Assembly: GCA_964620405.1 (NCBI GenBank) | Contig: CAZUJM010000008.1 | Span: 1-60,417, forward strand | Reading direction: 5' to 3' | Length of the DNA: 60,417 nucleotides | Source of the DNA: an uncultured Pirellulaceae bacterium | GTDB lineage: Bacteria > Planctomycetota > Planctomycetia > Pirellulales > Pirellulaceae | Shown here: piece by piece, positions 51,301 to 60,211 of the stretch | How positions within the stretch are numbered: position 1 is the first letter of the stretch | How the letters are laid out: the number at the start of each line of letters is the position of its first letter | Translations under genes and position numbers: made by a program | Notes under the pieces: model-generated | The model's input: only the letters and a program-made list of their open reading frames with translations | Told to the model about the DNA's origin: nothing | Databases searched by the model: none

Positions 51301-52423
51301 GCGTCAGCATGAGCGGGTCGTGCTGCGGATCACGACGGCCGCGAGCCGGATCCGCGTGCGCACCGCGGTGAACGTCCGAACGCTGAACGCGCTGGTCGAT
51401 GGACAGGCGGCGGAAGCGACGCGCGACGAACGATCTTCCCAGGAGTGGACAATTCCTCTCTCCAGTCCGCAGGCGGGCGAACATACCCTGGAACTGTTCT
51501 TGGAGTACACCTCGCGGCAGCCTTCGGGGAACATGCGATTCCAGTGGCCCGAATTGGCCGATGCCTCCGCGCCCCGACGCTGGTTCTGGCAGCTGGTCGT
51601 GCCGCAGGATGAACATCTCTGGTCGAGCGATTCGCTGCTCAGTTCCGCCAATCGCTGGCAGCGCGAGGGAATCGTCTGGCGTCGCGAGGCGGTGCAGTCG
51701 CAGGCCAGCCTCGAGGAGTGGACGGAAGCGACCTCGCAACCGCCGATCCCCCCAGGCGTGCACTGCTATCTGTTCAGCTCCTTCGATCCTGCGGGCACGT
51801 TCGCGGTCCGCACCTGCAACCGCCGCACACTCGTCTACGGATTCTCCTTCCTCGCGCTCGCCGTCGCCTGCGCATGGACCTACCTGTCCATCCTCCGCCA
51901 TCCGCTCGCCACCATGGCTTGCAGTGCGTTGCTGGCCGCCACGGCCTGGCGTTACTCCGAACAAGCGGCTCTCGTGGCCCAGGCCAGCGTCCTTGGACTC
52001 GCACTGGCCGCCGTCCCCGCGTTCGTGCGCCGCTGGGGAGGCACGGCAGAGCCCACAGGACGTCGCTCCTGGACAGGACGCGGCACCGACGGACGCCTGG
52101 TCGACTCGCGACCACCAGAACTTCGCAGCACCGATGTGCACAGGCCCGACTCGCAACGCATCGACACGCGTCGCGCCGATTCCCACCGCGGTGACGCGCT
52201 GCCGTCCGACCCCGTCAGCAACGGCTCGCACCGGCACCTCGCGCAGGAACTGGAACGAGCGGCCCAGGAAGGATCGGCGCCGCCCACGACCATCCGAGTT
52301 CCCGGCCAACGCGACTCGCATGCGCCGATGCATGCCGCGGATGGCCCCGCTACCGATCATCCCGCGCCGGATACCCCTCCGCACGACACCTCCGTGTCCG
52401 GCGTGCCGGAGTCCCGACCATGA
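48359..52423 (+). CDS. giant membrane-anchored hypothetical protein (module 1 of a paralogous series)
   Basis: An N-terminal signal or anchor is present (RRAILLGWLLGVALTWTLVTPHAFPIASAQS). About 1,150 aa of balanced, beta-rich sequence follows, then a C-terminal cluster of hydrophobic helices (LVYGFSFLALAVACAWTYL.., MACSALLAATAW, ASVLGLALAAVPAFV) and a charged tail. The antisense ORFs are Arg/Gly/Pro-rich and not protein-like. Confidence 0.8.
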   Translation: MSQPQSVRRRFGDQPRRAILLGWLLGVALTWTLVTPHAFPIASAQSASVPSASASGQETREAADDGAQAADSAPDAASAEPSPEVASDANAAAPEPAETPDDPVEGNSETRPPSLGIPWRGAPVEAGPGALVVEQAPRILFTRDQQGRLRPLVNIPWERIQALLDAEDTGDVQPLAPRFQITNLTAQGQVAGDTVEMSLELRISLPAPAAGDGRVASWTLLPLRLPDASLIAQPEHEGPGKLFVVYREMEGYQAWIHHERAGEHLIRLRVAMPLDEALGATRLQLLVPAATQSRLELDVPGEQLAVEADGGRRATVSAAPDGRSRIAVSDLRNQLTLAWTKGGDVVAQQPANFDVLGDIRVSVDGPGAIRSQVSLELQSYGRPIERFLLRLPPHTSIVSGNQPGYELRERTVAAGAQEASSAGEPREVEITLLKPAAQARLQLTTQTSHPEGSEARTSVGVFEVPGAIRQSGQITLLASEDWRVDWTLGPSVRRIATPDTLETTGDRRPLATFQYFRQPCRLEVEARPQETRTTVRPRYRMHVEEDRVSLEAQFDYRLRGARIGALGCSLNGWILDDIGPSGSVEDAPVEDAPPERGTPDSGEPGSDTAANEASRQVRLRLTRPTTGDMTLTLRLHRPVTERSGTLRLALPSPMADGVIPGTLLVSAGDAVVLDFRSAEMSGLVPDARTINDPADGPTLAPPSATPGERSSAAFPPTTPGSPLGSAPLEPASSASAFPAEASATGTAFRFLGDRAAGELVMDYEVREQEIRVRMDSELEATGDVLQVTQRIGYRVLYRPTSQLKLDVPRPLFELLANPRYRPQVELRLDGQTLGRESFEDVADSVDALRNIVPVNLPLPRPRLGNLELLLRFPWPLRPTTSANSLSVPLATPREGRLLSNLATLRDSSPFRLEPTRDVGWVREASLGGSEPKSGLQLSSAQRTSSLQLQVIASQQPTETTPAAASSTTIQRAWMQTWLTRERQHERVVLRITTAASRIRVRTAVNVRTLNALVDGQAAEATRDERSSQEWTIPLSSPQAGEHTLELFLEYTSRQPSGNMRFQWPELADASAPRRWFWQLVVPQDEHLWSSDSLLSSANRWQREGIVWRREAVQSQASLEEWTEATSQPPIPPGVHCYLFSSFDPAGTFAVRTCNRRTLVYGFSFLALAVACAWTYLSILRHPLATMACSALLAATAWRYSEQAALVAQASVLGLALAAVPAFVRRWGGTAEPTGRRSWTGRGTDGRLVDSRPPELRSTDVHRPDSQRIDTRRADSHRGDALPSDPVSNGSHRHLAQELERAAQEGSAPPTTIRVPGQRDSHAPMHAADGPATDHPAPDTPPHDTSVSGVPESRP

Positions 52424-53976
52424 GCGGCGCGGCCACAGCAGCGCGCCCCATCCCGCGTTCGCGCAGCGACGGCGATGGCAGCCGCGTCTGGCGCAGATCG
52501 AGCAAGTGCGTGAGTCGAAGCCAGGCCGGGAACTTTCTTCTCCTGCTTCTCGCCCTGCTGGCCTTGGCAGGCATCGCGGAGCGTTGCGCCGCCCAGTCCG
52601 TGCTGGCGTCCGACTCCGCTGCGCCCCTTGGAGTGGACGACGAACGAGCCTCCGCGCGTCCACGCGGTGCGTCCGATGGCATGGCTGGCAAGGTCCGCGA
52701 TTCCGGCAATCGCACGCCGCTCGATCAGCCGGCCGTTCCGACGCTGGCCGTGCCGATTCCCTATCGCATGATCGCGGCGCCGCTGGAGCAGATTGAGCGG
52801 ATGGCGCGGGGCGAGTATCGCACGGTGCCGCAGTTGGAATTCCAGCAGCAGATCGCGAGCCAGTCGAGTCTGCTGCCAGCGCCGTTGCGGCGAGGAGCGA
52901 TGCTCGCCGAGGCGACCTATGCGGCGCGGCTCGAGTCAAATCGCCTGCTCGCGGGTACCGCCAACTGGCAGATTGTCGCCACCAGCGACGCGCCCTCCTG
53001 GCTCGATTTGGGAAGGCCGTCGCTGGCGCTGGCGGAGCCACGCTGGACGGATGCGACCGAGGGAGCGGCGGCCGCCGACCTTGGTTGCACGCCGGACGGC
53101 AACTGGCTGCTGCGTGTTCCCGGATCGGGAACGATCCAGTCGCGGTGGAGCCAAGCGGCGATGGAGCGGGAGGCCGCGCGAGAAGAGGAGCAAACGGAGG
53201 AGGAGCTGGAGTTTGTGCTGCGGCTGCCGCACTGCCCGCGCAGTCGCCTGGAACTGCAGGTGCCAGCGGAGTACGCGTTGCAGGTGCAGCCGGGCATCGC
53301 GCGACGCATCGTGCTGCCGCAGGATCCGGCGGCAGCAGCCAGCGGCTCCCAGCTCGCGCCCAACGTCGAACTCTGGCAGGTTGACCTGGGCGGACGCCAT
53401 GCGTGCCGCGTGACCCTCCGTCGCCGCGAAGCGATCGTACCCCAGCCCGGCCTGCGGCAGTCGACGAACTACCAGGTCTCCGAAGCCGGACTGGAGGTTT
53501 CGACCGAAGTGACGCTCGATTGTCACGATGCCCCCACATCCCGCGCCAGCCTGCGTCTCGATCCACCCTTGCGCATCGTCCGCGCCACGCTCAACGGACA
53601 GCCGCTGGAATGGACCTCGCGAGGCAACCAGAACACCCGTGGGGAAGGCATTGCGGACACCGGCGTCGAGCGAGACGCGGGAGAGCGATTCACGCTGCGT
53701 TTCCCCTTCGAGCTGACGGGGCGGCAGCATACCCTGCGCATTCTGGCGTTGGCACCGCCGCGCAGCGAACCGCGGTGGGTACTTCCGCGCGTGCATCTGG
53801 AGGATGTCCAGTGGCAGCAGGAGACGGCCGAGCTGACACTGGCACCGCCCTGGGTGCTGGAGGAACTGGACCTGCAGCGCGCCCTCCGCCAACGATCCGG
53901 ACTCGGCGGCCACTCGACGACGCATCCGCTACCTCGCGCCCACCGCGCGGGTGGCGATCCAGATGACCACGCCTGA
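52420..53976 (+). CDS. membrane-anchored hypothetical protein; it looks like the N-terminal part of module 2, possibly separated from the next ORF by a frameshift
   Basis: An ATGA overlap links it to the upstream gene. The signal anchor is NFLLLLLALLALAGIAERCAAQS. It shares motifs with module 1 (for example SRLELQVP versus SRLELDVP). Confidence 0.7.
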   Translation: MSGAATAARPIPRSRSDGDGSRVWRRSSKCVSRSQAGNFLLLLLALLALAGIAERCAAQSVLASDSAAPLGVDDERASARPRGASDGMAGKVRDSGNRTPLDQPAVPTLAVPIPYRMIAAPLEQIERMARGEYRTVPQLEFQQQIASQSSLLPAPLRRGAMLAEATYAARLESNRLLAGTANWQIVATSDAPSWLDLGRPSLALAEPRWTDATEGAAAADLGCTPDGNWLLRVPGSGTIQSRWSQAAMEREAAREEEQTEEELEFVLRLPHCPRSRLELQVPAEYALQVQPGIARRIVLPQDPAAAASGSQLAPNVELWQVDLGGRHACRVTLRRREAIVPQPGLRQSTNYQVSEAGLEVSTEVTLDCHDAPTSRASLRLDPPLRIVRATLNGQPLEWTSRGNQNTRGEGIADTGVERDAGERFTLRFPFELTGRQHTLRILALAPPRSEPRWVLPRVHLEDVQWQQETAELTLAPPWVLEELDLQRALRQRSGLGGHSTTHPLPRAHRAGGDPDDHA

Positions 53977-56900
53977 ACGGCGCCTGGAAGCGGTGTCGGC
54001 CACCGAAGTGCAGGTCGACCGCGGTGAACTGCGGGCTCGCATGGTGGTCGAACTGCGACGTGGCGGCTCGGAGCACTTCGACCTCGCGGCCAACTTGGGC
54101 GCACGCTGGTCGATCGAATCGCTGGAAGCGGACGATCCTTCGTCGATCAGCCACTGGCAAGTGGTCGACGGCGCGTCAACGCGCCAGCTTCAAGTGCGAC
54201 TCCGCGACCCGATACCGCGCGACCAATGGCTGCGGCTCACAGTCATCGCCCGCGGCAGCCATCAACTAGATGACCAGCCGATTCCCCTCCGCGAACTCAC
54301 TCCGTTGGAATGGCCCGTGCCTTGGGACGAATCCAGGCAGTTTCTGCTCCTGCGCCCCTCGCCCAGCGTCGGCGTCGACTATCCGCAGGACGCCGCCATG
54401 AACTGGCTCGGCCTGGACGACCTCGACGCCCGCGAAGCGCGTCTCGCATCTCCGCGCGACGGCGAGCGAGTCATCCTGCTGGACGGCGGCGCCCGCCGCC
54501 AGGCCGTTCGCTTCTTCGAGCGTTCGGAGGAAGTCCGGCTCGCCTCCACGCGTAACCACGTCACGGCGAGGTTTTCCGGCCGGACGCTGGCGGAACAGTG
54601 GCGAATCGAGATCGACCGCGCGCTGCAGCACCCGCGTCAACTCCACGTCCAGTTGTCGCAGCGCCGCGCGGGGCCAATCCGCTGGTATCTGGAGGGGGCT
54701 TCGTCGCGGGACCTCGTCGCGCGACGGATGGCGACCAGCGGCGAAGATGCCTCCGAGACGTGGGAGATCGACTGGCCGGACACCTCGGGACAATCGATCG
54801 TGCTGGTAGGACAGCGCACGTCGGAGTCGCCCGGCCTGGTCAGCATGGCCCTGGCGCGTGTGCAGGAAGCCGATGCGCAGGATGGTTCGCTGGTACTGGA
54901 AGCCAGTAACGACCTCCATCTGGATGTCGACCACTCGCCGCTCATCACCGCGTTGCCGGTCGGCCAACCCAGTCCGCGCGAGACAGGCCCCCGACGCTAC
55001 TCATTCCGCTACTCGCCGCTTGCTGAAATCTTCACGCCCCAGAACGCCGTGCGCGTCCGCAGCACTCCGCGCGAAGCGACCGCGATCGTCTGGAGCCTGC
55101 TGGTGGAGACGTTCGTCGACACGGGCGAAGTGATGCCCGGACAGGTCACGGCATGGCTGGAGAACCTGGGAGCCGCGTCGTTTCGGATCCGGCTGGCGGA
55201 CGGTTGTCGGCTGCGCGAAGTACTGCTGAACAACCGCCCGGCGTCTTATGGTACCGACGAACAGGGGTATCTGATCGTGGGACTGCCTGCGGACGCGCGC
55301 TTTCCGCAGGTGCGTCTTCGTTACGACCAACCCGCCCACACGGGCACTCCACCGTTTCCGTCCCTGGCGACGCAAGTGCAGGTCCTCTGGCCGGAGGTTC
55401 CGTCGGCGGTCCTGCGTCGTCGGTGGCAGGTCTGGAACGCTCCCGATCTGCTCGTCCCGCTCGACAGGTCGACGATCCATTCGGCGGGCGACGATGTGTC
55501 TCGCCTGCTGGTCTCGCAGGACGCGACTCCCTTCGCGCGACTGCTCGGCCCCCTCTACCAGCCGCGTCTGCTGCAAGCCCTCCTGCCGCGCGACGGGCGT
55601 TCGGCGAACGCCATGACGAACGGGAAAACGCCGCCTGGCGCGACGGGCGCGAACCCGGACGAGCCCGTCGCTGCCCCGCAACCAACTGCCAACGAGCGGC
55701 CTGCGGTCTTCGAAGATGCTGACGCGTTGTTGGCAGCGACCGCGCAGTCGGCGGCGCGATACTGGCTGGAACGAATCGGGGACGAACGGGTGCAGACGTG
55801 GAAGGACCTGCAGGAACTGCCACGGCGTGCGAACGCGTCCTCGGCTGCTGAACGCACGGCCGCTTCACGCCTTCTGCCCGCTCCCCTGTGGCTCGACTTC
55901 ACCCACTTGGAGGCTCGGGGCATCGCCTTGCGATCGCCCTTGCCGACGGTTTCGGCCGACTCCGCGACGCGCCGTGGACTCGAACGTCTTCGCCAATTGC
56001 AACTGGTGCTGCTGGTCACCCGCGCCGGCCCCATCGTGACCACCCCAGCCGCCCTGGCGGCGTTGCCCTCCGCGCCGGACGCTGCTGGCCGGGGACCGCT
56101 GGTGCCATGGCCCGACGCGGTGCTGGAAGTCCGCGGCGACGAAGCGTCGTTGGCGTCGGCGCCTTGGCTGCCGCTGGTGCCCCTGGAATCCTGGTCGCGG
56201 GTGGCTCCGACATGGACCACCTTTCGCGACGATTTGATGCCGTACGAAGCAACGGGATGGGAGTGGACGGAGCAGCCGATGGGGCGAGGGCAGGTCTGGG
56301 TCTGGAGTCGCTCGGGATTGCGGACGCTGACACTGGCGGCCTGGCTCGGCGGCCTGGGCCTTCTTCGCCAGTTGGCTCGACGGCGCCGCGGCAGCCTGTG
56401 GGCGGCCGTCATGCTGTTCACGGCGGGCCTGCTCGCTCTCTTCCTTCCCGCACCGTTCCACGGACTCGCGCAAGGCGTGCTGCTCGGTGGCTGGCTGGGG
56501 GTGGCCTGGGAGGCGTGGCGCGGCTTGCGCCTCGACCGCGGTGACCAAGGTTGGTCAGCCGCGACCCGCGAGTCCCAGGCGCACGCGTCGAGCCCCCATG
56601 CGTCGACGGTCGGCGTCACGACCGCCCTGGTGCTGGCCTGCTTGGCCGGCGCGCTCACCAGCGTCCAGAGCTTGCACGCCCAGTCGCCGCCCGCGACCGA
56701 TGCGTCGCGCGCGGAAGATGCCGTTCAACCGCTTGTTCCGAACACGCGTGCTGCGATCGACGCTGCAAGCGGCGGTACGAGCGGCGGTTCCGCCCGCGGC
56801 CCGCTCAAGCCCTGGGATGTGTTCGTGCCGGTCGACGAGCAGGGGAACGCGGCGGGAGACTACCTGCTGGTCCCCGCCGAATTGCAGAAGCAGTTGCGGC

Positions 56901-59900
56901 GCATGAACTCCGCCGGCCAGGGATCGCCGGCCTGGCTGCTCGCCTCCGCCCGTTACTCGGGTGCCCTCCAGCAGCGGGACGCGTCGAGTCCGTTGGAACT
57001 GGACCGTCTGACGGCGCGTTTCGAATTGGAAGTGTTCCACGGCAACCAGCCGTTGCGGTTTCCGATCGCCGAGGCGGCGGCGAATGTGCTGGAGCGGCAG
57101 GCGCGCCTCGATGGACGCGTGGTGGAGCTGAACTGGAACGCCCAGGACGCGAGCGTCACGTTGCCGCGCCTGGCGGCCGGCCGACATGACCTGGAGATGA
57201 CCTTCCGTTGTCAGTCGGAGCGTGAGGGCGGGCGCGCCGCGGTGCGGCTGCCGATCCCCCGAGCTCCCCAGGCTACGCTGTCGCTGGATTCGCCGATCGA
57301 ACTGCAGGAGCTCACGGTGCCCTCGGCGCGGGGAACGCTCACGCGCCGTGAGACGACCGGGCAACTGCAGGCGGAATTGGGATCGAGCGACCTGCTGTGG
57401 ATCGAATGGCTGCTGCCGCGCGAGGCGACTGCCACCCCTTCGCTGGAACTGCTCCAGTGGCTTCGGCTCGCGCCCGAGAGCGTGGAGATCGACGCGATCT
57501 GCGTGGTAGACGTGGCTCAGTACGCCGAGTCCACGCTCCTGCTGGAGGTGGACGAGCGACTGCAGTTGGACTTGGAACGAAGCGCCGCACCGCTGTCGAC
57601 AGCCCCGGGAGCGGAGGAAGGCCTGCGGCGAATGGAGTTTGCCGTGCCGGTCGATTCCGCCCGTCTGCCGGCGGGCCGCGCGCGGATTCCGCTGCGATTC
57701 ACCTGGCCCGGGTATGCGGGGATCGGCCGCGTCCCAGCGCCCACACTGCGGCTGGTCGCGCCGCAAGCCCTGCACTGGCTGGGCGTTTCGGCCGATGATC
57801 GCCTCACGGTGCGCATCGAACCGGGCAATGGACTGCCGCTGCCCGCAGCCGATTTCCGCCAGGCATGGGGAGCCGGTCCCCTGCCCGACTACGCGTACCA
57901 GTTCGCCACCGCGCCGCGCGCCTGGGTCAGCCAGGGACAACCCAGTGTCACTCCGCCCGCCCTGGAATTGCAGACGGCCTTTGTGGTCGGCGCCACGACC
58001 ACGCGCACGCTGGTGGCGGCCACGCTGCGTCCGCCCTCGACCGGCACGTTCCAGCAACGCGTGCAGGTCCCGGAAGACATGGAGGTGCTGTCGGTGCAGA
58101 AGGTCGCGGGGCCCGCCACGACCAGCGTCCGCTGGACCCGGCCCGCGCCCAACCTGCTCACGATCTTCTTCGAGCCAGTTGTGACAGGAACTTGTCAATT
58201 CGGCATCGTCGCGCAGCAGGCCGGCCAGTCGCTGGGCAACCGCCCGCTTCCCGAACTGCGCTGGCTCGACGCCACCCTGGCCAGCGACCGCCAGGCGATC
58301 TACCGTCACGACGAAGTGCTGCTGCCGACCAGTCCGGAACGCCCAATCGAAACCGACCAGCCCGTGGCCTCCGAACTCGGCCCATTCCTTCGCAACCAAC
58401 TGGGCCTCGCCCGCCCCTGGAATCGCTGGCAGTCGGCCGAAACCGGGCTGCGCGAAGTCGAAGTGCAGGCGAACACGCGATCACTCAAGGCCGACCTGCT
58501 GAACATCGTGTCACGTCGGCAGGGCGCGTGGCACCTGCAGCTGGAACTGAGGCTGCAACTGGAGGCCGGCGTGCTCGACGACCTCACCCTGGAAATTCCC
58601 GAGGCCTGGACGTTCGCGCTGCAGCAGAACGCCGACGCCCGCGTCCTGCTCTCGCCCTCACCGCGACCGGGCATGGCGCGCGTAACCATCTGGCCCCAGG
58701 CAGGCCCCGTCGACACCCGCGTTCCCTTCGTGCTCGGCGGTCCGATTCCGCTGCGTCCCGGGGAACCGATGCGCGTGCCCCACGTACGACTGCTGGAAGA
58801 CGCGGAGATCACCGAACGCCTCTACCTGCCCGCGGAGACCGACGGGCGGCCCGTGCTCTGGAGCCTCTCCGGCCTGGAACCGCTCGAGGAACCGGTGCCA
58901 GCCGCCGTGGATGCCGACCGCTCCAGCGTCTACCGCGGCTTCCGCTCCGCGTCTCGCGACTTCCAAGCCGTGCGTCTGCCAGCGCCCGGCGCACAGGGAA
59001 AACCCCACGTGCGCCTCAGCGACCTCCAGGTGGCCTGCCTGTCCGTGGAGAAGAAGTCGGGGGGTTCCCCGCCAACCAAGGTCCCCTACGAGGTCAGCGG
59101 ACTGCTCGACCTGCAACCCGAAGGACTGGATACCGTCTGGCTGGAACTACCGGAAGGCGTCGAATTGCTGCTGGCAACCATGGACGATCAGTCGCTGAGC
59201 ATCCCGCGACTCAAGAAGATCCAACAGGCAGGCGTGCAGCAGTGGCAACTTCCTGTCACCGGCGCATTGCTGCCAGTCCAGCTGCGCGTCGTCTATCGCG
59301 GCGCCACGCCCTGGACGGCGCCAGGTCGCGAAACGGCGTTCGCCATGCCGCGGCTCCGCATCTCGCCCGCCACTTCCTCCGATATCCCTGTCGCGCGGAC
59401 TCTCTGGACCCTGCACGACCTTGCCGGCCAGGATCCCAACGGTCGACGCGGGCACTGGTCCGGCGCGGCCTCGCTCACCACCAGCGAACTCCAGCACCGC
59501 CAATGGCGCTTGGCCGACTTGGCGGACGCGTTTCGACAGGCCACGCAGCAGACCACCGAGTTCTCGCCGGTCGACCTCTCCCGCTGGTATTCCACGTGGG
59601 GCGCACGGTTCCTGGCCCAGGTCGCGATCGCACGAGCTGCCGCAAGCGCCGCTTCGGCGAACACCGCAACCGCGCAGGACGACACGCGCGCCGCGACGGA
59701 ACTCGCCGAACAGGTGGCCGAACACATCGAACGCGTCGCGCAACTGAAGGTCGAAGCCGACTTCCGGCGCCTGGAATCGGAAGGCAACCTGGCCAGCACC
59801 GATCGCATTTGGAACGACGGCCTGCCGCGCCAACCCGCCAGCTGGCGAGGCGCCTCCACCGACTCGCTCCCGGAACTGCGACTCACCTGGACTCCCGACA

Positions 59901-60007
59901 CGACCGATTCCGGCCCCCTCTTCACCGCCCTGCTGCTGCTTGTCGGCTCTTCCCTGTGGGTTTCGTGGCGCTGGCCGCGACGCGCGGGATTGGAACGGCC
60001 TCGCTAG
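53951..60007 (+). CDS. giant membrane-associated hypothetical protein (rest of module 2 fused to module 3)
   Basis: The 2018-codon ORF starts at GTG 53951 (or ATG 53963) and overlaps the upstream ORF. An internal helix cluster and an internal signal-peptide-like segment lie around codons 790-910. The C-terminal anchor is PLFTALLLLVGSSLWVSWRW. Confidence 0.8.
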   Translation: MAIQMTTPERRLEAVSATEVQVDRGELRARMVVELRRGGSEHFDLAANLGARWSIESLEADDPSSISHWQVVDGASTRQLQVRLRDPIPRDQWLRLTVIARGSHQLDDQPIPLRELTPLEWPVPWDESRQFLLLRPSPSVGVDYPQDAAMNWLGLDDLDAREARLASPRDGERVILLDGGARRQAVRFFERSEEVRLASTRNHVTARFSGRTLAEQWRIEIDRALQHPRQLHVQLSQRRAGPIRWYLEGASSRDLVARRMATSGEDASETWEIDWPDTSGQSIVLVGQRTSESPGLVSMALARVQEADAQDGSLVLEASNDLHLDVDHSPLITALPVGQPSPRETGPRRYSFRYSPLAEIFTPQNAVRVRSTPREATAIVWSLLVETFVDTGEVMPGQVTAWLENLGAASFRIRLADGCRLREVLLNNRPASYGTDEQGYLIVGLPADARFPQVRLRYDQPAHTGTPPFPSLATQVQVLWPEVPSAVLRRRWQVWNAPDLLVPLDRSTIHSAGDDVSRLLVSQDATPFARLLGPLYQPRLLQALLPRDGRSANAMTNGKTPPGATGANPDEPVAAPQPTANERPAVFEDADALLAATAQSAARYWLERIGDERVQTWKDLQELPRRANASSAAERTAASRLLPAPLWLDFTHLEARGIALRSPLPTVSADSATRRGLERLRQLQLVLLVTRAGPIVTTPAALAALPSAPDAAGRGPLVPWPDAVLEVRGDEASLASAPWLPLVPLESWSRVAPTWTTFRDDLMPYEATGWEWTEQPMGRGQVWVWSRSGLRTLTLAAWLGGLGLLRQLARRRRGSLWAAVMLFTAGLLALFLPAPFHGLAQGVLLGGWLGVAWEAWRGLRLDRGDQGWSAATRESQAHASSPHASTVGVTTALVLACLAGALTSVQSLHAQSPPATDASRAEDAVQPLVPNTRAAIDAASGGTSGGSARGPLKPWDVFVPVDEQGNAAGDYLLVPAELQKQLRRMNSAGQGSPAWLLASARYSGALQQRDASSPLELDRLTARFELEVFHGNQPLRFPIAEAAANVLERQARLDGRVVELNWNAQDASVTLPRLAAGRHDLEMTFRCQSEREGGRAAVRLPIPRAPQATLSLDSPIELQELTVPSARGTLTRRETTGQLQAELGSSDLLWIEWLLPREATATPSLELLQWLRLAPESVEIDAICVVDVAQYAESTLLLEVDERLQLDLERSAAPLSTAPGAEEGLRRMEFAVPVDSARLPAGRARIPLRFTWPGYAGIGRVPAPTLRLVAPQALHWLGVSADDRLTVRIEPGNGLPLPAADFRQAWGAGPLPDYAYQFATAPRAWVSQGQPSVTPPALELQTAFVVGATTTRTLVAATLRPPSTGTFQQRVQVPEDMEVLSVQKVAGPATTSVRWTRPAPNLLTIFFEPVVTGTCQFGIVAQQAGQSLGNRPLPELRWLDATLASDRQAIYRHDEVLLPTSPERPIETDQPVASELGPFLRNQLGLARPWNRWQSAETGLREVEVQANTRSLKADLLNIVSRRQGAWHLQLELRLQLEAGVLDDLTLEIPEAWTFALQQNADARVLLSPSPRPGMARVTIWPQAGPVDTRVPFVLGGPIPLRPGEPMRVPHVRLLEDAEITERLYLPAETDGRPVLWSLSGLEPLEEPVPAAVDADRSSVYRGFRSASRDFQAVRLPAPGAQGKPHVRLSDLQVACLSVEKKSGGSPPTKVPYEVSGLLDLQPEGLDTVWLELPEGVELLLATMDDQSLSIPRLKKIQQAGVQQWQLPVTGALLPVQLRVVYRGATPWTAPGRETAFAMPRLRISPATSSDIPVARTLWTLHDLAGQDPNGRRGHWSGAASLTTSELQHRQWRLADLADAFRQATQQTTEFSPVDLSRWYSTWGARFLAQVAIARAAASAASANTATAQDDTRAATELAEQVAEHIERVAQLKVEADFRRLESEGNLASTDRIWNDGLPRQPASWRGASTDSLPELRLTWTPDTTDSGPLFTALLLLVGSSLWVSWRWPRRAGLERPR

Positions 60008-60211
60008 CCGCCGCGCCGATGTGGCGGGGTGCCTTGCGTGACGCTACGACGCCTGTGCGGCCCGCAGCCGCTAGTGGTTCCCTGCGGAACGCGATACGAT
60101 GAAGCGGCGTCGGGATGCGCCGCGCGTCCGAGCGGCTGCGGAGGGGATCCGGCGCGGCGCGGGGAACGTCCCGGCGATGCCTGCTGCGACGGGAGCCGTG
60201 AGGAGTACTGG

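Noticed and set aside
50159-53566. A 1135-codon minus-strand ORF spanning the ORF1/ORF2 boundary of the giant operon
   Set aside because: Its Arg/Gly/Pro/Ala-rich composition is not protein-like. The plus-strand products have balanced composition, signal peptides, TM helices and mutually paralogous motifs, so the plus strand is coding.
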